Counted from the stretch's first letter, positions 37,901-47,081 are shown. The stretch: 64,000 nt of DNA from Mantamonas sphyraenae STR306 (GCA_026936335.1 JAPMXV010000071.1:228756-292755), one strand, 5' to 3'. Notes: generated by a model from the sequence alone, not told the origin. Translations and numbers: made by a program.

Positions 37901-39317
37901 CAAGGCTGCCTGCAGACAGGAGCTGCACGGCGCCGTTCGAGACGGACACGGTGCAGTTCATCATGCCGCCGTTGAGGTCGACATCAGCCACTGTGATGCT
38001 GCCACCCAGTGCGTTGGAGCCGCCGCTGCTGTCCTCGGCCACAGTCCACGACGTGGTGGCTGCAGTCAGTGTCAGCGCGTCGTTCACGGCAGTCACCGTC
38101 ACGGGGATGTTCAGCGTGGCCATCGTTTCGCCACCTGTGCCAGTGTATCCGCGGTCGCGGCACTTGATCTCCACGTTGCCCTGTCCAGCAAAGTTCGGCG
38201 CCGGGATGAAGCGCACCAACGGGTTGGCAAACGCGTTGTTGAAGCCAGCGACCGTGGCGTTGAAGCTGAACCACGACTCGGTGCCCGAGAACGTGGATCC
38301 AAACACAAGGCTGCCTGCAGACAGGAGCTGCACGGCGCCGTTCGAGACGGACACAGTGCAGTTCATCATGCCGCCGTTGAGGTCGACATCAGCCACTGTG
38401 ATGCTGCCACCCAGTGCGTTGGAGCCGCCGCTGCTGTCCTCGGCCACAGTCCACGACGTGGTGGCTGCAGTCAGTGTCAGCGCATCGTTTACGGCAGTCA
38501 CCGTCACGGGGATGTTCAGCGTGGCCATCGTCTCGCCACCTGTGCCAGTGTATCCGCGGTCGCGGCACTTGATCTCCACGTTGCCCTGTCCAGCAAAGTT
38601 CGGCGACGGGATGAAGCGCACCAACGGGTTGGCAAACGCGTTGTTGAAGCCAGCGACCGTGGCGTTGAAGCTGAACCACGACTCGGTGCCCGAGAACGTG
38701 GATCCAAACACAAGGCTGCCTGCAGACAGGAGCTGCACAGCGCCGTTCGAGACGGACACAGTGCAGTTCATCATGCCGCCGTTGAGGTCGACATCAGCCA
38801 CTGTGATGCTGCCACCCAGTGCGTTCGAGCCGCCGCTGCTGTCCTCAGCCACAGTCCACGACGTGGTGGCTGCGGTCAGTGTCAGCGCATCGTTCACGGC
38901 AGTCACAACGATGTTGAACTCGTAGGTTGTGATTGTTGTGTTGGACGGGTTTGCCGCCGTTACAACGATTTGAGCGTTGCCGTTGTAGTTCGTGTCCGGG
39001 GTGTACACGATGTTTTGCAAGTAGTTGTTCGCATCCGTCACTGAGGAGTTGAAGGTGAAGAAGTTGGTGTTGTTTGCACCACTTGATATCGGGATGGAGG
39101 CGTTGCTCACTGCCAACACTCCGTTGATGGTCGAGGTCACGGTCACATTCACCGACTCGTGGTCGGGAGAAGATACTGTGAACGAGACGCTCGTGGACGA
39201 GTCCTCGTTGATGGTCACAGGTCCAGCTGGTGTGCTCGACAGCGTGGGTGCGAGTGCAGCCAAGCTTCCGGCGACCACGAAACACAGCAAAAACACATAA
39301 ATGTGCACTTTGGACAT
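28947..39317 (-). CDS. Giant (~3456 aa) intronless type I surface protein: signal peptide, about 17 cadherin-like repeats (12 near-identical), EGF repeats, REJ-like module, GAIN/GPS, single TM
   Basis: MSKVHIYVFLLCFVVAGSLAA signal; VNDA/(P) + AED + DVD + YxPxxNF repeats; Cys-rich EGFs; LNASASFDPD/YAWSC/NAPPQGG REJ motifs; GPS CQFF...GC...CECDHLTEF; TM VWAQVLIVIGAILFGAGLTLY. Confidence 0.85.
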   Translation of the reverse strand: MSKVHIYVFLLCFVVAGSLAALAPTLSSTPAGPVTINEDSSTSVSFTVSSPDHESVNVTVTSTINGVLAVSNASIPISSGANNTNFFTFNSSVTDANNYLQNIVYTPDTNYNGNAQIVVTAANPSNTTITTYEFNIVVTAVNDALTLTAATTSWTVAEDSSGGSNALGGSITVADVDLNGGMMNCTVSVSNGAVQLLSAGSLVFGSTFSGTESWFSFNATVAGFNNAFANPLVRFIPSPNFAGQGNVEIKCRDRGYTGTGGETMATLNIPVTVTAVNDALTLTAATTSWTVAEDSSGGSNALGGSITVADVDLNGGMMNCTVSVSNGAVQLLSAGSLVFGSTFSGTESWFSFNATVAGFNNAFANPLVRFIPAPNFAGQGNVEIKCRDRGYTGTGGETMATLNIPVTVTAVNDALTLTAATTSWTVAEDSSGGSNALGGSITVADVDLNGGMMNCTVSVSNGAVQLLSAGSLVFGSTFSGTESWFSFNATVAGFNNAFANPLVRFIPAPNFAGQGNVEIKCRDRGYTGTGGETMATLNIPVTVTAVNDALTLTAATTSWTVAEDSSGGSNALGGSITVADVDLNGGMMNCTVSVSNGAVQLLSAGSLVFGSTFSGTESWFSFNATVSGFNNAFANPLVRFIPATNFAGQGNVEIKCRDRGYTGTGGETMATLNIPVTVTAVNDALTLTAATTSWTVAEDSSGGSNALGGSITVADVDLNGGMMNCTVSVSNGAVQLLSAGSLVFGSTFSGTESWFSFNATVSGFNNAFANPLVRFIPAPNFAGQGNVEIKCRDRGYTGTGGETMATLNIPVTVTAVNDALTLTAATTSWTVAEDSSGGSNALGGSITVADVDLNGGMMNCTVSVSNGAVQLLSAGSLVFGSTFSGTESWFSFNATVAGFNNAFANPLVRFIPAPNFAGQGNVEIKCRDRGYTGTGGETMATLNIPVTVTAVNDALTLTAATTSWTVAEDSSGGSNALGGSITVADVDLNGGMMNCTVSVSNGAVQLLSAGSLVFGSTFSGTESWFSFNATVSGFNNAFANPLVRFIPAPNFAGQGNVEIKCRDRGYMGAGGETMATLNIPVTVTAVNDALTLTAATTSWTVAEDSSGGSNALGGSITVADVDLNGGMMNCTVSVSNGAVQLLSAGSLVFGSTFSGTESWFSFNATVAGFNNAFANPLVRFIPAPNFAGQGNVEIKCRDRGYTGTGGETMATLNIPVTVTAVNDALTLTAATTSWTVAEDSSGGSNALGGSITVADVDLNGGMMNCTVSVSNGAVQLLSAGSLVFGSTFSGTESWFSFNATVSGFNNAFANPLVRFIPAPNFAGQGNVEIKCRDRGYMGAGGETMATLNIPVTVTAVNDALTLTAATTSWTVAEDSSGGSNALGGSITVADVDLNGGMMNCTVSVSNGAVQLLSAGSLVFGSTFSGTESWFSFNATVAGFNNAFANPLVRFIPAPNFAGQGNVEIKCRDRGYTGTGGETMATLNIPVTVTAVNDALTLTAATTSWTVAEDSSGGSNALGGSITVADVDLNGGMMNCTVSVSNGAVQLLSAGSLVFGSTFSGTESWFSFNATVSGFNNAFANPLVRFIPAPNFAGQGNVEIKCRDRGYMGAGGETMATLNIPVTVTAVNDALTLTAATTSWTVAEDSSGGSNALGGSITVADVDLNGGMMNCTVSVSNGAVQLLSAGSLVFGSTFSGTESWFSFNATVAGFNNAFANPLVRFIPAPNFAGQGNVEIKCRDRGYTGTGGETMATLNIPVTVNPLNDGPVITVPSPFTVLEDSVNNTVPAIVVADVDAVGGADQLQVNLTTMHGTIFFGSTAGINMLPQGPMPPMMPRLWSFVGPRAAINSALAALKYTPDPNFYTQPMMDEVIKVWVSDLGNAGAGGPQTAMANLGVQVNGVNAPPQIGLPSSPLSVQEGAALNIVVRVSDIDVMHGNMMVNISVKHGVLSFQSMPMGIQWVAGTPGTPAPMLSLTGNVTNLDRASQMLVYTPNNGFSGVDMLKVWVNDNSNKGMGPETAMSMVNITVTANPTNQAPVIHLPSPYTVQEDSMNNMVPPISVQDPDVGMANLRVRVWATHGHVSISNTTMLNLQSGVPAGQAVFDASLWWVNNALKSLVYRPNANYFSTQGMPEMLYVNVTDLGNTGVGGPKDDQKALAINVLPVNDAPVLTVTTQQPVQVTAPNDVAIAGVSVADIDATNLKLNISAMHGVILFPAGVAGAQVAAGAPNSKMISLVATPSTLNGLLGNMRYRPDMMYSGADSVKVWVSDEGELGQGGPQSDMAMINVQVTPMNNSCPSAGCGQGNCVNASVCVCDPGWTRNTMGVCMVQNCPGNCSGQPCNQDGTCNCNQGFKGIDCKVRECAGGQGNECNLRGQCLSNGTCICQNGFTGQACEISPAPVLQSVRFANSGAQLLLAFDIDTNRGGLVGTASCAAVIAAPSLPQLGNMAQCVWSNDKTLVISLLGNPQVLPGDYLAIRPGVLAAKGTTSGPYVMANMTVAGAAAPVAPVPVVNAPTTVAFCDAVRIDLQASTGSGGRPFEVHWRVQGMTPNKMALQQFLAGLSGPGRLAFDLSPALLNTSNARYELCVTLTNFLNKSTEQCFSIFKSALALPSVSIAGPQNIAGPLRAFGLTLEGVAQLPSCSVPGVALPQLAFEWVVANGPALPSDVFTNRRSLVIPRDVLRPNTTYELVFVASIVGSPQLAANASVSVDVSFADIVAVIANGNRAIGTAQSLVLNASASFDPDRQPGAFNYAWSCALVGGGACQNQLTSSALSLASSEAVTVGANVLAVGAYEFSVTVSKAGRTSASTTVTIVVRAGAPPSVAIAPLGVKSVLAKNRLLLEGTAQSSSGAPLQLQWSVAGNQLDLSSSAVVASPARGLVLAIRENVLQPQTYVFRLTATDNNGAGYAEISVDVNAPPQGGSVSVSPSTGVELNTTFTLTTTGWSDRAEDAPFSYSYGYVQNNVPVVLASRVSRSEFRTQLPEGTLTLFAVAIDNQGAVSGRVTTTATVSALAGPQDQVLNTLDTKANQQIDEALQQGDLQSLLSISISFSTSLNRISPADSQNRAKAQAIRAKVLDAVRQSVENSTVADTETLGQLSQATKLASRDEELPPKEQRQVLSSIKTLVQAARSGSLFVDDTAAGDIVGSLDNVFKATPIFNNTRTQQSTSELRSVMKDIVDNVRALTDALQNSVACDGDARSASGDAMDVRVEKTSPSKLGAGHLLRSGTGASFQMPASAFNSSSDCRGSNMYSFPRNIREYAEAVETGSGVVALDFSGVDVKNLKQPIRIVLPVTSAPNGSQRADCQFFNETTERYSNAGCTTASANATHVVCECDHLTEFAMIKVTVNTDPSSTPTPTPSTSSSPSSSASPTPSPTTPAQLEVWAQVLIVIGAILFGAGLTLYGLHKRGYITIDPRIIKRKNSVAPEDVEMQNQTNGGEGASPAAPASGVGAPAGEQKE
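34045..38905 (-). repeat. Coding tandem array of 12 x 405 bp (135 aa)
   Basis: The unit start TAVNDALTLTAATT recurs every 405 bp (about 38891, 38486 ... 34436) with only scattered substitutions. Confidence 0.95.
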
Positions 39318-39756
39318 GACTGTGGGGTGGACAACGAGTGAGAACGGTGGTCTCACAGGGTGTCAGTCGATGGGGGATTCACAGTGCACGGGCGTCCAGC
39401 GAGTGCCGTATTTGGAACCCGAGCGTTTTTTCTCAGTGCGCGCCTTTCCTCTTGTGGCAAGAGGCGAGGGAAGGCGTAGATGCACTTGTCGGGGCGCGTA
39501 TGCCTCCCAACACAAAGCAGCAGCTCTCCCGCTTCCACATGGTGCACATGTGGCGAACAGCCATCGTGTTGACGGGCCGAAACGCGAGATGCAAACCACG
39601 CCGATTTTGGATTGGGATTTTGCGTTTCGGGCCGCCGTTACTCTGCTCTCCCTATATGTGCACACGATCCAGTACAGGCGCACACATCCTCACACTCTTT
39701 ACACAACGACACACCCGACACATAGCTGCATTCCAACAACATGTCACGCACCTCGA

Positions 39757-41094
39757 TCACGTTTTTTCGTTGGGTCCCCCCTCGTCTGCGTCGTTTCCCT
39801 TCTGCACAGGCAGGGCTGGTTCCTGCTCCACGAGGTGCTGGATCACGCGCTCCACCAGCTCGTCTGGGAGTGTGCACCACTCGTGTGTGGGCCTGTAGGC
39901 GTCCATCCCTCCGGCCTCGAACATCAGCTCGCGCTCCTCGCCGTTCATGGTCAGCAACACCTCCAACTCGGTGTCGAGAGCACTGCTGGATGCAAGGTGT
40001 ACATCATGGGACCACGGAGTATGCACAGGAATGGCCTCGGAAGCCCCGAAGCGACGCAATAGTCGACACATGGCCAGATCTCCCGTGTTCCAGGCATTGT
40101 GAAGGTGAAGACACTGAATAACATGACCATGGTCACCATCGTTGAGAACAGGGAGGGTTGCACCTGATCCAAGAAGCAGCTTTGCCATGCCGATGTTGCG
40201 GCTTTCGCAGGCAAAGTCGACAGCACAGCGCTTGTCAGTGTTTCGCTGAACATCCAGGTTGGGATGGTGTTGCAAGAGAAGCTGAAGGACATGTTCATGC
40301 TCGTTGCGAGCAGCCTCAATGACTGCGGTGCTGTTTCCAGAGGAAGTTGCGTCAACGTCAGCGCCGGCATCGAGCAATGTTTGGACGATTTCGATCCATC
40401 CCAATCGTGCAGCCCACATGAGAGGAGTCCAGTGGACATTTTCTGTGCGGGCATTCGGATCTGCACCGAGGTTGAGAAGCAGGCGGACGCAGTCGAGGTG
40501 GTTGTTGCGGCTGGCGTAGTGGAGAGCAGTGGCCCCAATGTCGGAACAGGGGGCTTGCAGGTCTTGACCTTCATCAGCACATTGTTGAATGGCGTAGCAG
40601 TCTCCCACAAAGGCAGCAGCATGGATCCCTCGTGCTGTGTCCACAACTCCTTGCTCGCGGCAGATGTCCACGACGTTGTTGATGGCCTCAAAGAGCCTTC
40701 CCGACTGCTTCAGATGTCCATTGTACGTGAGCGATGGCATGAGCAGCAGAGCAAGGTTTGCATGCGTCATAGGGGCGTCCTTTTCCGGAGGCTCGTAGGC
40801 GAGCGCCTCGATGGGGATGGAGGCCTCCGTGGAGGCCTTGTATGCAGCGAGCAACCCCGTGCGCTGTGTGTGCAAGTGTGCGCTCATGACAGCGACACAG
40901 GCGGCATCGAGCGCCGATGACGTCAGTGACATTCGCAGAAAGATGATTCCGCCGTCGTTTTGACGCCATGTCCACAGACCGTGCGTGACCTTGGTGACAT
41001 CCGGATGTTCTTCGATGATGTCAATGACATCCAAACGGTACCGGGCCAACGCACTGATGCGGACACAAAGACGAGGAGTTGAACTGAAGGACAT
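39757..41094 (-). CDS. Ankyrin-repeat protein with C-terminal F-box-like motif
   Basis: GATALHYASRNNH, WTPLMWAARLG, STAVIEAARNEH ankyrin repeats; tail ...WCTLPDELVERVIQHL. Confidence 0.85.
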   Translation of the reverse strand: MSFSSTPRLCVRISALARYRLDVIDIIEEHPDVTKVTHGLWTWRQNDGGIIFLRMSLTSSALDAACVAVMSAHLHTQRTGLLAAYKASTEASIPIEALAYEPPEKDAPMTHANLALLLMPSLTYNGHLKQSGRLFEAINNVVDICREQGVVDTARGIHAAAFVGDCYAIQQCADEGQDLQAPCSDIGATALHYASRNNHLDCVRLLLNLGADPNARTENVHWTPLMWAARLGWIEIVQTLLDAGADVDATSSGNSTAVIEAARNEHEHVLQLLLQHHPNLDVQRNTDKRCAVDFACESRNIGMAKLLLGSGATLPVLNDGDHGHVIQCLHLHNAWNTGDLAMCRLLRRFGASEAIPVHTPWSHDVHLASSSALDTELEVLLTMNGEERELMFEAGGMDAYRPTHEWCTLPDELVERVIQHLVEQEPALPVQKGNDADEGGPNEKT

Positions 41095-41139
41095 GTATTG
41101 GGTGGCATGTCGCAGCCTCGCCGCGGTTCACCCCATTCT

Positions 41140-43403
41140 TCACCAGAAACCAAAACCCCAGCCGGAACTCTTTTGCTGGGTGCGCGCACTGAGGTCGTGC
41201 ACTTCGACGCCGTAGACACCGGCAAGGTCAAAAACAAGTGGTTTCGTGGCGACGGCCTCCATGCTGGGAGGAAACTGGACCCAGTTGTCCTGAGGAGGGA
41301 CAAAGGCTTTTGGATGATGAGGTTGGTTGATGAGAAGAGAGACAGAGGTCTGGTCGGCGTCGGCTGCGTCGGAAGAGGCTGCGGCAGCCTTTGCTTTCCC
41401 CTTGTTGCGGCCGTCCGCAATGTCGTCGAGACCAGCGGCCTGGAGAACCTTCATGGCATGTGCATAGGAGCGCATACCCTTGCTCCTGCTCATGGCATCG
41501 TCAAGGAGGGCGTTTGCCTCAAGGTCATGCTTGCCGCAGTCTTCCCATTGGCGCTGAGCGTCGTGGACATTTTCCATGCACAAGACACCACTCTTGGCAC
41601 ACTTTGCCCATTGTTTGGTCTTGGAATACTGCTGGGTGCGCCAGAAGCTCTGGAGGGCCTTGTAGGTGAGGCGGCGGGCAGCCATTTCCTTGATTTCGTC
41701 CGTGCCAAGGCGGTCGGCCATGAGCTCCTCCAGCTGTTCTGTGTCGTGCTCCATGCCGCCGTAGAGACGGACGAGTGCGAGGGGCTTGACAACTTCTGCG
41801 GTACGGCCGGGGCCGTAGTCGAAGCGGCCATTGAGTTTGTGAAGGAGGACGCGAGAGAGGAAGGCATTGCGCTTGATGGAGTTCTCGAGCAGCAGTGACT
41901 GGAGATATTCTTCAAGAGCATGAAGGTTTGCGACGTTGGCTTCCTTGGACGAGGAGCGCTTCTCGGATTCGAGCTGAGAGAGGACAGCGGACATGGTGTC
42001 GCTGAGCTCCATGTTGACGTGGTCAAACAGGGCGATAGCCGCGTCGAGGCCCTTTTGATTGCGTTCGCTGACCTCGTCTGTATCTGGGATCTGCTGTGCG
42101 TCGTCGGCGGCCGAGGGCGGGCCGGAATCGTTGGCTGAGGAGGAGCCGGTGGAGGAAGAGGAGGAGGACGAAGAGGCAGAGGCGGAGGCATTGCTAAGAG
42201 CCTCGTCGAGAGAAAACTGAGCGTCTTGGGCAGAGAGGACTTTGACGCGGACGGCGTCGTCCTTGACTGGAATCTGTGTGCCGGCAAAGTAAATGCTGTC
42301 CATGTTCTTGGCGGCGTCTTTGCGGATGGCAGTCATGACGTTGTCGAGTTGACTGCGAAGAAGCTCCATGCCCGGAGTGTTTGCGCCAGAGAGGAGTTCC
42401 TGAAGCTCTTGCTTGTCTTGTGCGTCGAGGTGGTGGTTGCAGAAGCGGATGTTGACCTCGAGCTCCTCAAGCTTGTGTTTGTACAGCTCCTGGTCCTCGA
42501 GGCGGCCGACCTTGGAGAGCTGCTCATAGATGGTCCTGAGAAGGAAGTGGGAATTGGAGGAAGAGTGGTGTGCGGTGTTAGGGGTTGAACTGGAAATGGG
42601 GAAATGGGCGGGTGTGGCACATGCAGGGACACGTAGGAGACGCACTTTGCACGGAGGAAGGATGGGAGGGCGGCAGTATGGTTTGCCTGCATGAGATCGA
42701 GGTTTGCTTGCATGTTGCTGAGGTAGGCGTCTGCTTCGAGGACGGTGCGCTCGTCGGCGCGTGCATCACACCAGTCCTTGAGCTGCTGGGCAAAGGCGAC
42801 GGCCTTGCGGAGCCTGCTGTGGCCATGCTTGCGGGAGCGAGGGTTCTCCTCCTCCTCTTGCTTGAGCTGCATGGCGTAGGACCAGGCGCGTTCTGCGTTG
42901 ACGAGCGGAATCATGAGGGTTCTGGGGCGTGACGTGGGCGTGTGAGCGGTGAAGGAAATCCCTCTCGGAGGGTTGGAAAACGGGGCGGTGGGGCGGAACG
43001 AAGGGCAGATGAGGAGTGCAGGAGAGGGCAGAGAACGGAGGAAAGGTGCAAGGAGATAGGGGTTGAAGATGGATGTAAACAGGGTAGATTGAGCAGAGGG
43101 TGTGGGGCGGAGGGAGGGAACGCACTTTGCAGTTGGAATGTCGTCTGGCTTGATAGAAGCAGCCTTGTAGCGTCCCTTGGCGCTGAAATTGACAGCACCG
43201 ACGCTGCGGCGGATGCGTGCGAGGCGTCGGGTGCAGTATTGGCGGTAGCGGTGGTAATCGCCGTAGCGGAGGCCGTTTTCCTGTTGGGAGCCGACGGCAA
43301 TGGAAAGGATGGGCAGAGAGAGCTTGGGCAGGGGCTCACGCTCCTGCTCCACCTCAGGCTGCTCATCTGTGAGTTGGGCATCTTGCGGTTCTGCTTGAGA
43401 CAT
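41140..43403 (-). CDS. SRP68: Signal recognition particle subunit SRP68; exons 43403-43126, 42921-42646, 42535-41140
   Basis: QQENGLRYGDYHRYRQYCTRRL, AERAWSYAMQLK, SRLRKA, FPPSMEAVATKPLVFDLA and C-terminal GWGFGFW. Confidence 0.93.
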
Positions 43404-43468
43404 GTCGGTGTTGCGGGCGGATGGGGTTGGGGCGAGTGCGCGTGCAGCGCCAAGGAAGAACAGAAGCC

Positions 43469-45613
43469 ATGGACGTGGAGAGCGCACATGGTGATCACGA
43501 GGCGAACGAGCGTGTAGATGCAGGTGTGGATGAGGTGGAGGAGGTGGTTGAGCATGGGGAGGCGTCGTCGTCGTCGTCGTCGTCGTCGTCCGGGAGATCG
43601 GGATCGCGCACGTCTCGCCGCAGCCAGAAGTTCAACTTTGTGCTGCTGAGCTCGCTTCCTGGTGACGAAGAGGTGGAGGACACGCGGCCAATGACGGCAG
43701 GTGACCACGAGGCGCGGCTGGCGCAGTTGGCGCGGTCGTACCAGCGGCGCATGGAAGTGGTGAATGTAGGTTTGCGAAGGAGGCGAGAGGAAAGGCGGGA
43801 GGACGGAGAGGGCGGAGAGGGTGTGCGGGGGGTTTGGGGAGTGTATACATGGGTAGCAGGGAGGAAGGTGGAGGGCCGCGGGCGTGGGGTGAGGGTGGGG
43901 TGAAAAGGAAAAAAGTGGGAGGAGAGAGTTTGGCGGCGGAGAGCGCAATTTTTCTGACACCTTTTTTGGCGGGCGGACGTTGTGGGACAGCGAGAGAAGG
44001 CTGTGGAACAGCGTCTGCGCTTGAGGATGCAGGAAGACTCGCAACAGGGAACAAACGGGCAAGCAGGTGCAAGCGGAAGCACAACGGGGTCGCGGTACGA
44101 AGAACTGCTCGCGGCGTCGACGCGGCTCGGCTCCAACCCGCGGGAAGAGCGGAAGCGGAAGTTTTCGATGTTCCGGTCGCTGGAGGAAGGGGACCCGCTG
44201 CCGTCGCAAAAGGTGGGTGTGCGAATGGAGAGGAGAGGGGGACGACATTGGAGGAGAAGGGCGACGACGAGCTGACGTTTTTGGTGCGCAGAAGCAACGG
44301 ACGGACATTGACTCGCTGCACGCGCTGTTGTGCTCTGTGATTGAGTACTACGACAACGCGGCGACGATCAAGCAGATTGAAGCCGGGGTGTACCGTGCAC
44401 TGTGCCGCAAGTACCGGGGAGAGACGGACAAAGTGGACTTTCCTGCGATCACGCGGGAGTCGTTCATCTTGCTTCAAAACGACCCAAACTTTGCAGTGAG
44501 TTTTGGTGGAGTGGCGTGTTTACTGGAGTGGGGCGAGGAAAGGTATGATGGGCGGGATGATTGACACGGTGTTGGGCGACTCAGCGTGATCCTGTGCGGC
44601 GAGACGTGTACCATCTTGTGCAACTGCCGGGAGACGTGACGTTTGAACGCAACTGGGCGTCCAATGCGCCGAATACGCTGTCCAACTTTCCGTCGTCTCC
44701 GATGGGTGGGCGCACAATGGGCGGAAGCCAGGTGATGTCGGGAGTGTTTACGCGCACGTCGCATCTGCAGCCACCGCCGCAGTACAAATGCTTCTGCGGC
44801 AACAAGGCTCCGTACAACTGGAAGCAGAACATGCGGGGAGACTGGATGTGCTCTCACTGCACGATGATTTTCAACAAGGGCAACTCGTGCCCCGTGTGCA
44901 CAGTGGTGTACCGGAAGAACCAAATGACAAACACGGACCTAGACAAGGGACCATGGATCTGCTGCGACGAGTGCGAGTCATGGGTGCACAGCAAGTGCGA
45001 TGGGATCGACGACGTGTCTGTGTTTGACGACAGCAACCCGAACCCGCAGCATTACGCGTGCCCGTTTTGCAGGCGGGATTTGCCGGATCCATTTGTGAAG
45101 GGGGCTGAGCTGACGACAAACATGCGTGGGCAGCCACTGGGCACAGCGCCATCCCACGTGGAACATGAGGAAGTTGCGTACGACAGTGCGGCAGCGCGAC
45201 AGGCTCGGCAAGAGCTGATCAGCTCGACGTACGACACGGAACCTGTGGTGACGCTGGAAGACATGCAGGAGCGTCTGAACAAAGTTTTCGAAAACCACGC
45301 CAAGGCCACCCTGCCAAAGGGGGTGGACCGTACGAGCAAGGCACACATCCGAAACTTGGAGAGCACGTTCCGGGACAACCTGGCGTCGTTCAAGTCGCAG
45401 CTGGCGCTGAAGAGAGACACGATCATCACACGGTACGAACGAGACTATGAACGGCGTATCCAAGAGCTGCAGAACGAAGACGAGCGCAACCAGAACGAGG
45501 TGCAGCGGGACTTTGCGGCGCAGCTGAGGCAGTTTTACCGGGAGCAGCTTCCGCTGTTTGAGGAGCAGCGCACGGGGATTGCAAACGGGGAAGTGGAGTT
45601 TGAGGAGACGTAG
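43469..45613 (+). CDS. PHD-finger chromatin protein; exons 43469-43765, 43991-44212, 44292-44495, 44585-45613
   Basis: CPVC...WICCDECESWVHSKCDGI...YACPFC (C4HC3 PHD), preceded by a C-x-C...CSHC knuckle and followed by a C-terminal coiled coil; phase-0 GT-AG introns. Confidence 0.8.
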
Positions 45614-45629
45614 AGGGCAATGGAGGATG

Positions 45630-46832
45630 TTATGATTTCTTGGTGTTGTTGTCCCAGGAGTAGAGGGGCCCCATGAACCATTCGTTGTCGTGGAGACCGT
45701 CGACAAAGACGTCAAGAGCGGAGGCGGCGAGGCGGACGCGAGCCTTGCGGGCGTCGAGATCACGCGAATCATGGAGATAGTCCTTGAGTTTGCGGGAGGT
45801 TCGGGCAGAAAGAAGCTGCTGCATGGCGAGGGTGCGTTCGTCGAGGGCGTCGTCGTCGGCGTCGTCGGCATCGTCGTCGTCTTGGAGAAGGAGGCTTCCA
45901 TAGAAGGCAACCTGCTCGCTGTTGCTGAGGAAGGGATATCGTTTGTCGGATTCGTCAAGCTCGAGAAGGTCACCGTCGATGAGGCCACGGGCGATGAGCT
46001 GTTTGCGTTCGTCGTCGTTGAGGAGGAGGGCGTAGGGGTCGATGTCCAAGCCGAGGTCTTGGAGTTGGTGGGCGAGGTCGAGGACTGCGTCGTCGGAGTA
46101 GGAGGGGGGTGATGTTGATGTGGTGGATGTGGTGGATGCGGTGGATGAGAGGTAGGCTCTGTCCAATAGGACGTCCTTGACGGAGGAGGAGGAGGAGGGG
46201 GAGGAGGAGGAGGTAGTGGTGGTGGAGTAGAGGGAGATGTTTGGGTGGCGGGCGTGCCACATGGTAACCATGCGCTCGAGGTGTAGGTTGAGTTCGTCGA
46301 GGGTGTCGTCGTCGATGGCGTCGGTGCCCCAGCGGTCAAACTTGGAAAGCCACTTGGAAAGGACAAGGCGGTCTACAGCACGCCAGAGAGTGTCCATGGC
46401 GTCGCGGTCGAGGGTTGGAGGGGATGGGGAGCGGGGAGGAGATGGGGAGCGTGGTCGCGCAGATTCCAGTTGGTCGAGAGCGGCCTGGACGATAGAGGAA
46501 GAGGAGGAGGACGAGGAGGAGGAGGTGGTGGTGGTGGTAGACTTCTCTGGGTGGAGGGCATGGTGGAGTCGGGTGTCGCTTTGAAGGCGTGTGCGAGGGG
46601 AGGCGCCGGAGGAGACTCGGGCAAGGTCGGCCTCGAGCGCGCGGATGCGTAACGGCCAAGCGGGGGAGGAAGAGGAGGGCGTGGAGCGGCGGGTGGAGGA
46701 TTGGGCGGACTTCCAGGCTTGGATGGCAGCGAGCTGACCGGCACAGTGGTCGCTGTCGTCTTGGGTGTAGACAAGGGCCTGGACGGTGATGTTGTGCGGG
46801 AGGAGAGTGTCGTTTTCGTCGACGATCTGCAT
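45630..46832 (-). CDS. Hypothetical protein (~400 aa); may have an upstream micro-exon MGVKQ at 47064-47050
   Basis: Long ORF with C-ending codon bias, convergent 16 bp from the PHD gene; no recognisable domain. Confidence 0.6.
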   Translation of the reverse strand: MQIVDENDTLLPHNITVQALVYTQDDSDHCAGQLAAIQAWKSAQSSTRRSTPSSSSPAWPLRIRALEADLARVSSGASPRTRLQSDTRLHHALHPEKSTTTTTSSSSSSSSSSIVQAALDQLESARPRSPSPPRSPSPPTLDRDAMDTLWRAVDRLVLSKWLSKFDRWGTDAIDDDTLDELNLHLERMVTMWHARHPNISLYSTTTTSSSSPSSSSSVKDVLLDRAYLSSTASTTSTTSTSPPSYSDDAVLDLAHQLQDLGLDIDPYALLLNDDERKQLIARGLIDGDLLELDESDKRYPFLSNSEQVAFYGSLLLQDDDDADDADDDALDERTLAMQQLLSARTSRKLKDYLHDSRDLDARKARVRLAASALDVFVDGLHDNEWFMGPLYSWDNNTKKS

Positions 46833-46973
46833 GGGTGGGGAGGTGGTGGGATCGGGGCGATGCAGGGGGATCAAGGATCAAGGGCACAAGGGTGGGCTGT
46901 GCAAGGGATTGTGTTTGGCATGCGTGCGTGGAGGCAAGGAATTGGCGTGAGTTTTGCAGGTGGAGGGAGGCGG

Positions 46974-46975
<2 letters not shown>

Positions 46976-47012
<37 letters not shown>
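46976..47012. repeat. (TG)n microsatellite upstream of DDX6
   Basis: Uninterrupted TG dinucleotide run. Confidence 0.9.
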
Positions 47013-47013
<1 letters not shown>

Positions 47014-47081
47014 TTGTAGGCTGACATGTGAAGGGTGGCGCACACAGACCTGTTTGACACCCATAGACACGCGCAAAGAGA

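Noticed and set aside
34045-38905. Regular array as CRISPR or satellite DNA
   Set aside because: Units are 405 bp, in frame and spacer-free; this is a coding domain repeat.
36139-38925. Long antisense ORFs (also 2837-4777, 51470-53434, 60189-62357)
   Set aside because: These are shadows of GC-rich coding sequence on the opposite strand, with no domain signal.
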